Shown here piece after piece: positions 35,424-44,108 of a stretch of 64,000 bases of DNA (its first letter is position 1; every line of letters starts with the position of its first letter). The stretch comes from Candidatus Saccharimonadales bacterium (GTDB lineage: Bacteria > Patescibacteriota > Saccharimonadia > Saccharimonadales > 2-12-FULL-41-12), in assembly GCA_025451045.1 (NCBI GenBank), contig JANWLD010000001.1, positions 343,468 through 407,467 of the forward strand. The letters run 5' to 3'. Made by a program: the position numbers and the translations under genes. The notes under the pieces are model-generated. The model saw nothing but the letters and a program-made list of their open reading frames with translations, had not been told where the DNA came from and ran no database searches.

Positions 35424-37031
35424 GTGGCTGAAATTGCCGGTAATGCACTGCTGTCTGTGTTTGATAAGACAGGCATTGAGGAATTTGCCAAAGGCTTAGC
35501 AGACTTAGGCTGGCGTATTTACGCGTCCGGTGGTACGGCTGAAGCTATCAAAAAAACTGGAGTGGAAGTCATTGATACCTCTGAACTCTCCGGCGGCGGC
35601 GCTATCCTGGGCCATCGTGTAGTCACCTTGTCGCGTGAAATATACGCCGGGATCTTGGCTGATTCATCCCAAGAAAAAGAACTCGATAAACTTAATATCC
35701 CAAAGATAGATTTGGTCTGCGTTGATATGTATCCGCTGAAAGAAGCGATTGATTCCGGCTCAAACGAAGCCGAAGTGATTGAAAAGACCGATGTTGGCGG
35801 CCCGACGCTGTTGCACGCGGCAGCCAAAGGCCGGCGAATAGTTTTGGCTCGCCCAGAGCAAAGAATAGAAGTTTTGGACTGGCTGGAAGCCGGTAAGCCG
35901 GATGAGGCTAAGTTTCGCAAAAAGCTGGCGGCCATAGCCGAATATGAAGTCGCGAATTATATGATTAAATCGGCTAATTATCTGGGCGAAGGCCATACTC
36001 TCGGCTATCTAGGCGAGCGGGTAGCCGCGCCGCCATATGGAGAAAATCCATGGCAGGGAAACGCGGGGCTATATATCGAAAGAGATAATCAGGATCCGCT
36101 GTCGCTCGGCAAATTCAAATTAATAGAAGGCAATGAACTTAGCTATAACAATTTCACTGATGTCGACAGGCTCCTCCAGACCATTACCCATGCCGCCGCT
36201 TCTTTTGAAAAGAACAACGGGGAAGTGCCGATTATCGCTCTGGGCGCTAAACACGGCAACCTTTGCGGCGCCGGATTTAACAAGGCCGCAAAAATAGCAG
36301 TTGAAAAAATGCTGGAAGGCGACTTGCGGGCTATATTTGGCGGTTCGGTAGTTATCAATACTGCCATTACAAAAGAAATTGCCGAAACGATAATGGGCTA
36401 TAAGATAGAAAAAGGAAAGCGGATACTTGATATTGTAATGGCACCGAGTGTTGATGATGACGCGTTGGAATTACTTAAGCGTAAAAATGGCAAGTTGCGC
36501 GTGCTTATCAATCCGGCTCTTGGCGAACTTGGTGAAAAATCTTTGGATAGTGCCCGTCGGCCAAGATATGTCCGCGGCGGCCGGTTGGCACAGGATAATT
36601 ATACCTTTGTTATAAACTACGCCTCGCCGGATGTCGAAAAACACGGCGCGCCGCCGACTAAAGGGCAAATGGATGACATGCAACTGGCTTGGGCGGTAGG
36701 GACGACCAGCAACAGTAACAGCATTTGTATAGTCAAAGACGGTATGTTGCTTTCTAATGGCGTTGGCCAGCAGGACAGGGTAACGGCTGCGGAACTGGCG
36801 TTGATGCGGGCAAAGAATGCCAGGCATGATACAAAGGGCGCTTCGGCCTACAGCGATAGTTTTTTTCCGTTCCCGGACGGGCCGCAAATATTGGCCGATG
36901 CGGGCGTGAAAGCTATCTTGACTACCAGGGGTTCGGTTAATGACGGGGTAGTGGTGGAAACCTTAACCAAAGCCGGTGTAACGTTTTGCACCTTTCCCGA
37001 CGCACAAGCACGCGGTTTTTACGCGCATTAA
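35424..37031 (+). CDS. purH: bifunctional AICAR transformylase / IMP cyclohydrolase
   Basis: 535 aa; GTG start after GGGAG; MGS-like N-terminus 'ALLSVFDKTGIEEFAKGL...ASGGTA'; C-terminal 'AYSDSFFPFPDG'. Confidence 0.9.
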   Translation: MAEIAGNALLSVFDKTGIEEFAKGLADLGWRIYASGGTAEAIKKTGVEVIDTSELSGGGAILGHRVVTLSREIYAGILADSSQEKELDKLNIPKIDLVCVDMYPLKEAIDSGSNEAEVIEKTDVGGPTLLHAAAKGRRIVLARPEQRIEVLDWLEAGKPDEAKFRKKLAAIAEYEVANYMIKSANYLGEGHTLGYLGERVAAPPYGENPWQGNAGLYIERDNQDPLSLGKFKLIEGNELSYNNFTDVDRLLQTITHAAASFEKNNGEVPIIALGAKHGNLCGAGFNKAAKIAVEKMLEGDLRAIFGGSVVINTAITKEIAETIMGYKIEKGKRILDIVMAPSVDDDALELLKRKNGKLRVLINPALGELGEKSLDSARRPRYVRGGRLAQDNYTFVINYASPDVEKHGAPPTKGQMDDMQLAWAVGTTSNSNSICIVKDGMLLSNGVGQQDRVTAAELALMRAKNARHDTKGASAYSDSFFPFPDGPQILADAGVKAILTTRGSVNDGVVVETLTKAGVTFCTFPDAQARGFYAH

Positions 37032-37069
37032 GACGCTAACGAGCGGGAACACTTCCCTGCTTCCCTATT

Positions 37070-37089
37070 TGTACTATTGCAATAGTACA
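37070..37089. promoter_or_regulatory. TrpR-operator-like perfect 20-bp palindrome
   Basis: TGTACTATTGCAATAGTACA has the same outer 7-bp arms and 6-bp centre spacing as the E. coli trp operator TGTACTAGTTAACTAGTACA; overlaps the -35 hexamer. Confidence 0.7.
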
Positions 37090-37105
37090 CAAATACAGGT
37101 ATAAT
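37077..37105 (+). promoter_or_regulatory. promoter of the trpR-trp operon (leaderless geometry)
   Basis: TTGCAA (37077-37082), 17-nt spacer, TATAAT (37100-37105), N6, ATG 37112. Confidence 0.65.
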
Positions 37106-37111
37106 GACGTG

Positions 37112-37378
37112 ATGAGTAAAAAATACGACGACGAGCTTCTAGAGCTTTTTTGTCAGACTGTTGACAAATTTACAATGTCTGAAATTTTATCAAATATGCT
37201 GACACCACAAGAGAGAGAAGAGCTGGCCACTCGCCTGCAAATATTTAAAAAACTGATTAAAGGCGAGAACCAACGCAGGATTGCTAAAGACTTGGGCGTT
37301 AGTATTGCCACTATTACCCGCGGCAGCCGCGAACTTCAATACGGCAAACCGGGCATTCGAAAGTTATACAAGAAATGA
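37112..37378 (+). CDS. trpR: Trp repressor
   Basis: 88 aa; '[47 protein letters not shown]' is colinear with E. coli TrpR '[48 protein letters not shown]'; stop overlaps the trpE ATG (ATGA). Confidence 0.85.
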   Translation: [88 protein letters not shown]

Positions 37379-38754
37379 TTGATTTAAGTTTTTTGAGCGA
37401 CAAACCCAAACCCGTCAATTTACCGACGGGCGTGGACTATTTGAAGCTTTTCTTTGCGCTTAAAAATAATTTTGGAGCGAGCTATATGTTTGAGTCGCTG
37501 GTTCTGCCAAAACAACAAGACCGGTACTACACTATAGGCTTTGACCCGCTATATGTTTTCTCAGCGCGCGGCGATAAGCTGACGATTAAAAGCAAAAACG
37601 GTTCGAAGGAAGTTGATACAAGTAACCCTTATCTTGAGCTGAAACAGTTTTTGCCTGCGATACCTAATGCGTCGCGCTACCAGGGCGGACTTGTCGGTTA
37701 TTTTGCTTACGAAGCGGCCAATTACTTCGAACCGGCGCTTGATTTGCCCAAGCACCCGGACTTCCCGACTTTTGAACTTGGGCTGTACGTTGACGGGCTG
37801 ATTTATGACAGCAAAACCCGCGAACTGACTTATTACACCTTTGGTGAAGATAGAAGTCCAGTCATAAAAGATGAAATTAATAATCTGAAAAATATTAACT
37901 TCCCCAAAAAAGTGGTAATAGCTGAGGATAAGGGCCTGTCTATTGATAAAGCACGGTATATGAAAATAGTGGAAACCACGCTTGATGAAATCAAAAAGGG
38001 TAACAGTTTTCAGGTAGAGGTAGGCTTCCGGAAAGATTACCAAATAACCGGCGATAAGTTTGCTATCTACAAACATCTGCGCGACGTTAACCCCAGTCCA
38101 TATATGTATTACATGCATTTTGGCGAGCGGGAAATTTTCGGCGCCAGCCCGGAACTGGTTGTCAGCTCAACCGGCGGCAATATATTGACTACTCCGGCCG
38201 CCGGTACGGTCAGACGCGGTGCTACGGAAGAAGAGGATAAAAAACTGGCCCGGCAACTGCTTAATGACCCGAAAGAACTATCCGAACACGCCATGCTGGT
38301 TGATCTTCATCGCAATGATATTTCCAAAGTCAGCAAATACGGTTCGGTCAAGGTAGCCGAGCTGATGCATCTGATGAAATTCAAATACGTCCAGCATATC
38401 TGCAGCGATATCATCGGCGAACTTAGAGAAGATAAGGACAGTTTTGATTTGCTTGGCGCCATAATGCCCTGCGGTGTCCTGACCGGCGCGCCAAAGATTG
38501 AAACGATGAAAATAATTGCCAGAAACGAACAATCACCGCGCGGTCCGTACGGCGGAGCTGTCGGCCGTTTCAGTTTCAATGGCGACTGCGCCTTTACCAT
38601 GCCTATACGCAGCCTGTTTTGTGCCGGAGACCATTGTTTTAACCAAGCCTGCAGCGGCGTAGTTTTTGACTCAGAGCCGGAAAAAGAATATGACGAAGTA
38701 ATAGCCAAGCTGTCTGGTATGGAGCAGACGATAAAGGAAGTATCAAATGGTTAA
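37375..38754 (+). CDS. trpE: anthranilate synthase component I
   Basis: 459 aa; 'GLVGYFAYEAANYFEP', 'EHAMLVDLHRNDI', 'GAPKIETMKIIARNEQSPRGPYGGAVG'. Confidence 0.9.
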   Translation: MIDLSFLSDKPKPVNLPTGVDYLKLFFALKNNFGASYMFESLVLPKQQDRYYTIGFDPLYVFSARGDKLTIKSKNGSKEVDTSNPYLELKQFLPAIPNASRYQGGLVGYFAYEAANYFEPALDLPKHPDFPTFELGLYVDGLIYDSKTRELTYYTFGEDRSPVIKDEINNLKNINFPKKVVIAEDKGLSIDKARYMKIVETTLDEIKKGNSFQVEVGFRKDYQITGDKFAIYKHLRDVNPSPYMYYMHFGEREIFGASPELVVSSTGGNILTTPAAGTVRRGATEEEDKKLARQLLNDPKELSEHAMLVDLHRNDISKVSKYGSVKVAELMHLMKFKYVQHICSDIIGELREDKDSFDLLGAIMPCGVLTGAPKIETMKIIARNEQSPRGPYGGAVGRFSFNGDCAFTMPIRSLFCAGDHCFNQACSGVVFDSEPEKEYDEVIAKLSGMEQTIKEVSNG

Positions 38755-39382
38755 AATATTGATTATTGATAACTACGACAGCTTTACTTATAACCTCGAG
38801 CATTTGTTCGGCGCCCTGCCCGACGTGAAAGTTGAAGTAGTAAGAAATGATGCTGATTTTATTCCTGAACTTGAGGCTGGTAAATATGACGGTGTAATCA
38901 TTAGTCCCGGTCCCGGTACGCCGCTCGATGAGAGTTATTTTGGTAAAAATCGGGAAGTAATAAGCCGTTTCGGCAAAAATGGCCTGCCAATCTTGGGAAT
39001 ATGCCTCGGTTTTCAGGGTATAGCCGCTACATTCGGCGCTAGTCTTAAACAAGCCGCTTTGCCCCAGCACGGCAAGCCCTCCGTGCTTAAGGTGACTAAG
39101 GATAGCCCTATATTGAAAGGCGTGCCGGACAATATAAAAGTCATGAGATACCACAGCTTGATGGTTGATATGGACAAGCCTTTTCCTGATGAGCTGATTA
39201 TTTTTGCTGAGGTTAACCCAGCCGCCGAAACAGTAAGTAAAAACGGCCGGGAAATAATGGGAATTGCCCACAAAAATCATCCTATATTCGGACTGCAGTT
39301 CCATCCGGAAAGTTATGCCACCGAACTGGGCAGTATCATTGCCGCGAATTTCATTGATATCATAAAAAGGAACCAAAAATGA
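38747..39382 (+). CDS. trpG: anthranilate synthase component II (glutamine amidotransferase)
   Basis: 211 aa; 'ILIIDNYDSFTYNL', nucleophile 'GICLGFQ', 'GLQFHPES'. Confidence 0.9.
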   Translation: MVKILIIDNYDSFTYNLEHLFGALPDVKVEVVRNDADFIPELEAGKYDGVIISPGPGTPLDESYFGKNREVISRFGKNGLPILGICLGFQGIAATFGASLKQAALPQHGKPSVLKVTKDSPILKGVPDNIKVMRYHSLMVDMDKPFPDELIIFAEVNPAAETVSKNGREIMGIAHKNHPIFGLQFHPESYATELGSIIAANFIDIIKRNQK

Positions 39383-41598
39383 CAATCGCAGAGTTTTTAA
39401 CCCGTACCGCCCAAGGCAAATTGTCTTTGGACGAACAAAAAGAATATCTGGCGGATAATCCTTTTCCGCCGGTAGAAGAGATAGCCGAAGCGGTCGAGTA
39501 TTTATACGGGCAGATGTCTGATGTACCCGACTTGCCCGACGCTATTGATATTTGCGGTACCGGCGGTTCGGGTTTGCCAAGGCTTAATGTCAGCACTATC
39601 AGCGCTTTTATCATTGCCGCCACCGGTACCAAAGTCGCCAAACATGGCAATAACGCCGCCAGCGGCAAATTTGGCAGCTTTGACTTGCTTGATGCCCTTG
39701 ATGTACCGATAAATCTATCGGTCCAAGAACTTCAACTAAGGTTCAACGAATACAACCTGGCATTTTTATATGCTAAAAGCTTTCACCCGATAATGCGGTT
39801 TTTTGCTCCGGTTCGGGGTGAGCTAAAAACACCGACTTTCTTTAATATTCTCGGTCCTTTGCTCAGCCCGGTCAAAGCCAATCGGCAGCTTATCGGTACG
39901 CCGAGACTTGAATATGCCCGGATTATCGCCGAAGTTTCCAAGATTCTTGGTAAAGAACGGGTCATCGTAGCAGTTGGCAGCGACGGACTGGACGAGGTTA
40001 CTTTAACCGGAGTTACCCATATTGTAGAGCTGAAAGACAAACGGATTGAAGAATACGAAATTACTCCAGCCGATTTTGGGGTTGAGCCGATTGCTGACTT
40101 TTCAGAAATTTCTACTGAAAGTCCCGAACACAACATTGAAATGGCTAAATTAATTTTGTCCGGGAAAGAAAAAGGCAAATTAACCCAATTAGTACTGGTA
40201 AATGCCGCGCTGGCGCTTTATATTGCGGAAGTATCGGATGATTTGAAAGAATGCTACAAATTGGCAAAAGATACTCTTGATTCCGGCAAAGCCCAAGAGG
40301 TTTTGGCAAATTACCTGATGCCGAGCGTGCTTAAAAAAATAATAGAGCGTGATGCCAAACGCGATTTTAGTATTACCGAAAAAAATACTCATAAACCGAA
40401 AAAATACACTGGCGGCCTGATTGCTGAAGTAAAGCGGTCCAGCCCCAGCGAAGGAGTTATAAACGATAAGCTGGATATAGTAGCCCAAGCCAAGCTTTAT
40501 GAAAATTCCGGGGCGTCAGCTATAAGCGTGCTGACGGAACCGGAAGACTTTGGCGGAAGTTTTGAAGACTTGAAAGAAATTAAGCAGGCAGTAAATATTC
40601 CGGTGCTTTGCAAAGATTTTATAGTTAGAAAAGAACATATCGACAAGGCCAAAGCTTGCGGCGCGGACATGGTGCTTTTGATTGCGGCGACTTTGAGCGA
40701 GGACAAGCTCAAAAAATTATATGATTATGCAAAAGATTCGGGGTTGCAATCGATAGTAGAAGTCCACACCGGCGCTGAACTGGAAAAAGCTTTGAAATTA
40801 AAACCCGAAATCATCGGTGTTAATTCGCGTAACCTTCATGACTTTTCGCTTCATCCGGACATCTTTGGACAACTGCTTTCCAAGCTACCGGCCAATACGA
40901 TTAAAATCGCTGAAAGCGGCATTAGCGGCTACGGCGATGTGCCAAAAGGTTATGACGGAATCCTTGTCGGTACCGAACTTATGAAGCATCCTTTCCCGCA
41001 GCTTAAAATTAAAGAACTTTTGGGCCAGCCTCTGGTAAAAATGTGCGGTATCAGAGAAACAAATGATGCAAAACTGTGCGAAGAACTCGGCGTAGATATG
41101 ATAGGTATCAATTTCGCAGCGCGCAGTAAACGTAAAGTGACCGCCGAGCAAGGTAAAAAAATCGCCGCGGTCTGCAAAAATACCATCCCGGTAGGAATCT
41201 TTGAAAACCAGATGGCAGATGAGGCCAACCTTATAGCCGAACAAACCGGCATACAAGCTATGCAGTTATCCGGTAATGAAAAAGATTTGAGCGGGTATAA
41301 TCTTCCCATAATAAAAACCATACGTTTGGGCGAGGATAAGCCTGAGGGCGCCTTTCTGACAATTTTGGATAGTCCGGTTGCCGGCAGCGGTGAAAAAATT
41401 GACCACTCAAAAATTAATAAGTTTGAACCTAACCTGATAGCCGGCGGGGTTGATTTAAATGTAGCCAAAACATTGCTTAGCACTAAAAACCCCTTGGGCA
41501 TAGATACGGCCAGTGGAATTGAAACCAATGGCAAAGTCGATCCGACAAAAATCAAATCTCTGCAGAAGCTTGTATCAACCAGCCGATACGATTCTTAA
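39379..41598 (+). CDS. triple fusion: anthranilate phosphoribosyltransferase (TrpD) + indole-3-glycerol-phosphate synthase (TrpC) + phosphoribosylanthranilate isomerase (TrpF)
   Basis: 739 aa. About aa 1-313 is TrpD ('DICGTGGSG', 'VAKHGNNAASGKFGSFDLLDAL'). About aa 314-548 is TrpC ('LIAEVKRSSPSEG', 'ISVLTEPEDFGGS', 'PVLCKDFI', 'IGVNSRNL', 'IAESGI'). About aa 549-739 is TrpF ('VKMCGIR', 'IGINFAARSKR', 'MQLSGNE', 'IAGGVDLNV', 'GIDTASGIE'). Confidence 0.85.
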   Translation: MTIAEFLTRTAQGKLSLDEQKEYLADNPFPPVEEIAEAVEYLYGQMSDVPDLPDAIDICGTGGSGLPRLNVSTISAFIIAATGTKVAKHGNNAASGKFGSFDLLDALDVPINLSVQELQLRFNEYNLAFLYAKSFHPIMRFFAPVRGELKTPTFFNILGPLLSPVKANRQLIGTPRLEYARIIAEVSKILGKERVIVAVGSDGLDEVTLTGVTHIVELKDKRIEEYEITPADFGVEPIADFSEISTESPEHNIEMAKLILSGKEKGKLTQLVLVNAALALYIAEVSDDLKECYKLAKDTLDSGKAQEVLANYLMPSVLKKIIERDAKRDFSITEKNTHKPKKYTGGLIAEVKRSSPSEGVINDKLDIVAQAKLYENSGASAISVLTEPEDFGGSFEDLKEIKQAVNIPVLCKDFIVRKEHIDKAKACGADMVLLIAATLSEDKLKKLYDYAKDSGLQSIVEVHTGAELEKALKLKPEIIGVNSRNLHDFSLHPDIFGQLLSKLPANTIKIAESGISGYGDVPKGYDGILVGTELMKHPFPQLKIKELLGQPLVKMCGIRETNDAKLCEELGVDMIGINFAARSKRKVTAEQGKKIAAVCKNTIPVGIFENQMADEANLIAEQTGIQAMQLSGNEKDLSGYNLPIIKTIRLGEDKPEGAFLTILDSPVAGSGEKIDHSKINKFEPNLIAGGVDLNVAKTLLSTKNPLGIDTASGIETNGKVDPTKIKSLQKLVSTSRYDS

Positions 41599-41635
41599 AC
41601 TTACTAAAATAGATTAAGATAATAAAGGAGAGTTT

Positions 41636-41998
41636 ATGAGGAAAGCTCAATTGAAAATCTGGCTACTTTCTATCGGCGGGGCTATCGTCGCCGTGTTTCT
41701 GATATATCACGGGTTTAAGCTTCTATTTCGTCCGAATGATGCTTCAGACTGGCAATTGTTTTTCCTTGGTGTAGGCTGCGTGTTGACTAGTGTGTTTACC
41801 CTAGCCGCGCAGGTATACGTACCGAAGAAATATAAAATAAGCGGCGCCTTGATGTTTTTGGGTATTTACTTCTTTGCCCGGGCAACCGGTATTATAGAAG
41901 GGGCGTGGTTTATGCGATTTTTGGGCCTCGCCTCTCTAATAGGGGCAGGGCTAATAGTATATGTAACTTACCTTGGCGGTAAGAAGATACATTTCTAA
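41636..41998 (+). CDS. hypothetical 4-TM membrane protein
   Basis: 120 aa; AAAGGAG RBS; hydrophobic throughout. Confidence 0.6.
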   Translation: MRKAQLKIWLLSIGGAIVAVFLIYHGFKLLFRPNDASDWQLFFLGVGCVLTSVFTLAAQVYVPKKYKISGALMFLGIYFFARATGIIEGAWFMRFLGLASLIGAGLIVYVTYLGGKKIHF

Positions 41999-42009
41999 AA
42001 GGTAGGGTA

Positions 42010-42411
42010 CTAAACTTCGGTTTCTGAACCGTGAACAGTCAACGCGTAGATTATCAGAATGTCAACGACTATTACGATGATTGACCAGATAGGGTACGCA
42101 TCGATAAATACAAAGTTAGCTATGATGGAGAATATTGCGAGCAATACCGCAACTATTCTTCCCCAAGCATGGCCGCTGATAACAGCTGTTCCGGCCAGCA
42201 TGACTACCAACCCTACCAAGAGGTGAATCCAACCCCAAGTAGTGTAGTCGAATACCAGTAGATTTTCCTGACCCACCACATAGAATTTGTCATTGAGCAG
42301 AGCCGCTAATCCGGCAATCATCTGCAGGATGCCTGTTATAAGCATCATAAATCCGGCGAAATATATCCAACCGACCCACCCGGTAACTTGTTTTCCGTTA
42401 TTGTTAGCCAT
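42010..42411 (-). CDS. 4-TM membrane protein, paralog A (DUF7144-like)
   Basis: Start set at the ATG preceded by GGAGG ('ttggaggattacATG'); 'TGWVGWI', 'FDYTTWGWIHL', 'AYPIWSI' shared with the neighbour. Confidence 0.65.
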   Translation of the reverse strand: MANNNGKQVTGWVGWIYFAGFMMLITGILQMIAGLAALLNDKFYVVGQENLLVFDYTTWGWIHLLVGLVVMLAGTAVISGHAWGRIVAVLLAIFSIIANFVFIDAYPIWSIIVIVVDILIIYALTVHGSETEV

Positions 42412-42438
42412 GTAATCCTCCAACTAACTTAAATTTTA

Positions 42439-42831
42439 TTAATCTTTGACCTCGGCTCCGTGCATAGTTAATGCATAGATAACCAAGCCGTCGATAACTA
42501 AAGCGGTAATTGACCAAATAGGGTAGGCAGAAACGAACGCGAGATTGGCAACTGCGCTCAAAATAGCCAAAAATACCCCAATAACTCTGCCCCAAGCCTG
42601 TCCGGCCATTACAGCACAGCCCGCGGCAAAAATAACGATTCCCATTATCAGGTGAATCCAGCCCCAGGTCGTATAATCAAAAGCCAGCAACCCGTTTTGT
42701 GTGGCGACATAAAAGTCGTCTTTAAAAAGTGCTGCTAGTCCGGCTATTGCCTGAAGACTTCCGAGCAAGAGCATCATAGCGCTTGCAAAAAATATCCAAC
42801 CTACCCAGCCTGTTGGTTTGTTGTTTGACAT
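42439..42831 (-). CDS. 4-TM membrane protein, paralog B (DUF7144-like)
   Basis: Start set at the ATG preceded by AAGGAGG ('aaggagggtccATG'); same conserved blocks as paralog A. Confidence 0.65.
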   Translation of the reverse strand: MSNNKPTGWVGWIFFASAMMLLLGSLQAIAGLAALFKDDFYVATQNGLLAFDYTTWGWIHLIMGIVIFAAGCAVMAGQAWGRVIGVFLAILSAVANLAFVSAYPIWSITALVIDGLVIYALTMHGAEVKD

Positions 42832-42913
42832 GGACCCTCCTTGTTTATATTCCCTATTGTCCGCCAATTATTTTAAATGTCAACCATAAGCAAAATGGCA
42901 AATACAGAGAAGT

Positions 42914-42922
42914 TGTTATAAT
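42914..42922 (+). promoter_or_regulatory. extended -10 (TGtTATAAT) N6 upstream of ATG 42929: leaderless-type promoter
   Basis: TGtTATAAT gatttc ATG. Confidence 0.55.
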
Positions 42923-42928
42923 GATTTC

Positions 42929-43216
42929 ATGCAAAAAGAATTTGACCGCCATCTTTATAGAGTTTTATTAGCCGCAACCCTTTTGACTTTGAGCATAGGC
43001 ACTGTTGTATATCATGAAGTAGAACACTTTAACTGGGTGGATGCTTATTATTTCAGCGTTATTACTCTGGCCACTGTCGGTTATGGCGATTTTACGCCGC
43101 ATACCACTTTTGGCAAAATTTTTACCACTTTCTATATTTTTATCGGCGTAGGCATTATTACGGCTTTCATTACTTACTCTATCCGCCGCCGAGCCAGCCG
43201 GATGAAGAAAAAGTAA
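42929..43216 (+). CDS. minimal two-TM potassium channel (95 aa)
   Basis: TM1, pore helix, selectivity filter 'TVGYGD', TM2; no cytoplasmic regulatory domain, only a short basic tail. Confidence 0.8.
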   Translation: MQKEFDRHLYRVLLAATLLTLSIGTVVYHEVEHFNWVDAYYFSVITLATVGYGDFTPHTTFGKIFTTFYIFIGVGIITAFITYSIRRRASRMKKK

Positions 43217-43226
43217 GGAGATTATC

Positions 43227-44108
43227 ATGCCGGAGGAAGATGAAAATCAAATTCGAGAAGCGGAGCGGGCTGAACCAGCTTACAGCGGCGAAGATATTCC
43301 CGGGGAAGAACTAAGAGTACCTAATGATGTACCGCAGGAACATTTAGCTCATTCGTCAATGATGGCCGGCGGTGTCGAAAAAGCACCGAAAAACTTAATT
43401 ATGAAAAGATTAACCTTTGTCTTGTTGTTTCTGGTAGCTTTAGGCATAGTCGGTTTTGCCGCCTGGAAGCTTATTCCGGCCAAGGGCGAGTCTAACAAAT
43501 CGGCGCAAAATACCCAGAGCCAATCCCAACAAGCGCAAACTTCCGACCCGGTGGCTACGGCACTCGGCGATACCCACCTGACCCAAACCTACACCAGCGA
43601 TACCCTGCGTCTGTTAATTAAATATCCGTCCAGCTGGAAAGTCACCGAAGAAAATAATGCCGTGACCGTCAAATCCCCGTCATTTGATTTGGCCGACAAC
43701 ACCGGCATGGAAGACTCGACCTATTTCAAAGTCTATATAAAAATGGGCGCAACCGAGACGGAAGGCAAATACCTTGGCAAGGGTTATGCCATAGCACCGT
43801 CGGAAAAGCTGGCTTACACGGATCCGCTGGTCGGCCAGCGTAAAACTACGTTTCTGACCGATTTCGGCCTGGATAATCCCGATAATTTTGCATATTTGGT
43901 GGTGCAGGGCAATTTCGAACTGGAAAAAGGCGACACGCTAGGTCCGAAATTCGCCAGTGAACCCGACGCGTTTTTGGTTACCGGCGGCTTTGCTACCGAA
44001 ACGGAAAAGGATGGCCTGCAAACCCGGCTTATGTCCATGGATTCTTACAAACAGAATCTGGCATATCAGACAGGGGTTGAGATTATAAAAAGTCTTCAGC
44101 TTAAATAA
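43227..44108 (+). CDS. hypothetical membrane-anchored protein with acidic N-terminus
   Basis: 293 aa; AAGGAG RBS; one TM ('LTFVLLFLVALGIVGFAAW'), then a Q/S-rich linker and a soluble domain. Confidence 0.6.
   Translation: MPEEDENQIREAERAEPAYSGEDIPGEELRVPNDVPQEHLAHSSMMAGGVEKAPKNLIMKRLTFVLLFLVALGIVGFAAWKLIPAKGESNKSAQNTQSQSQQAQTSDPVATALGDTHLTQTYTSDTLRLLIKYPSSWKVTEENNAVTVKSPSFDLADNTGMEDSTYFKVYIKMGATETEGKYLGKGYAIAPSEKLAYTDPLVGQRKTTFLTDFGLDNPDNFAYLVVQGNFELEKGDTLGPKFASEPDAFLVTGGFATETEKDGLQTRLMSMDSYKQNLAYQTGVEIIKSLQLK

Noticed and set aside
38639-39385. 248-aa ORF antisense to trpG
   Set aside because: It lies entirely within, and opposite to, the clearly conserved trpE 3' end and trpG. It has no motifs and an odd composition.
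40885-41555. 123-aa and 201-aa ORFs antisense to the trpC/trpF part of the fusion gene
   Set aside because: They are shadow ORFs opposite conserved TrpC and TrpF motifs.
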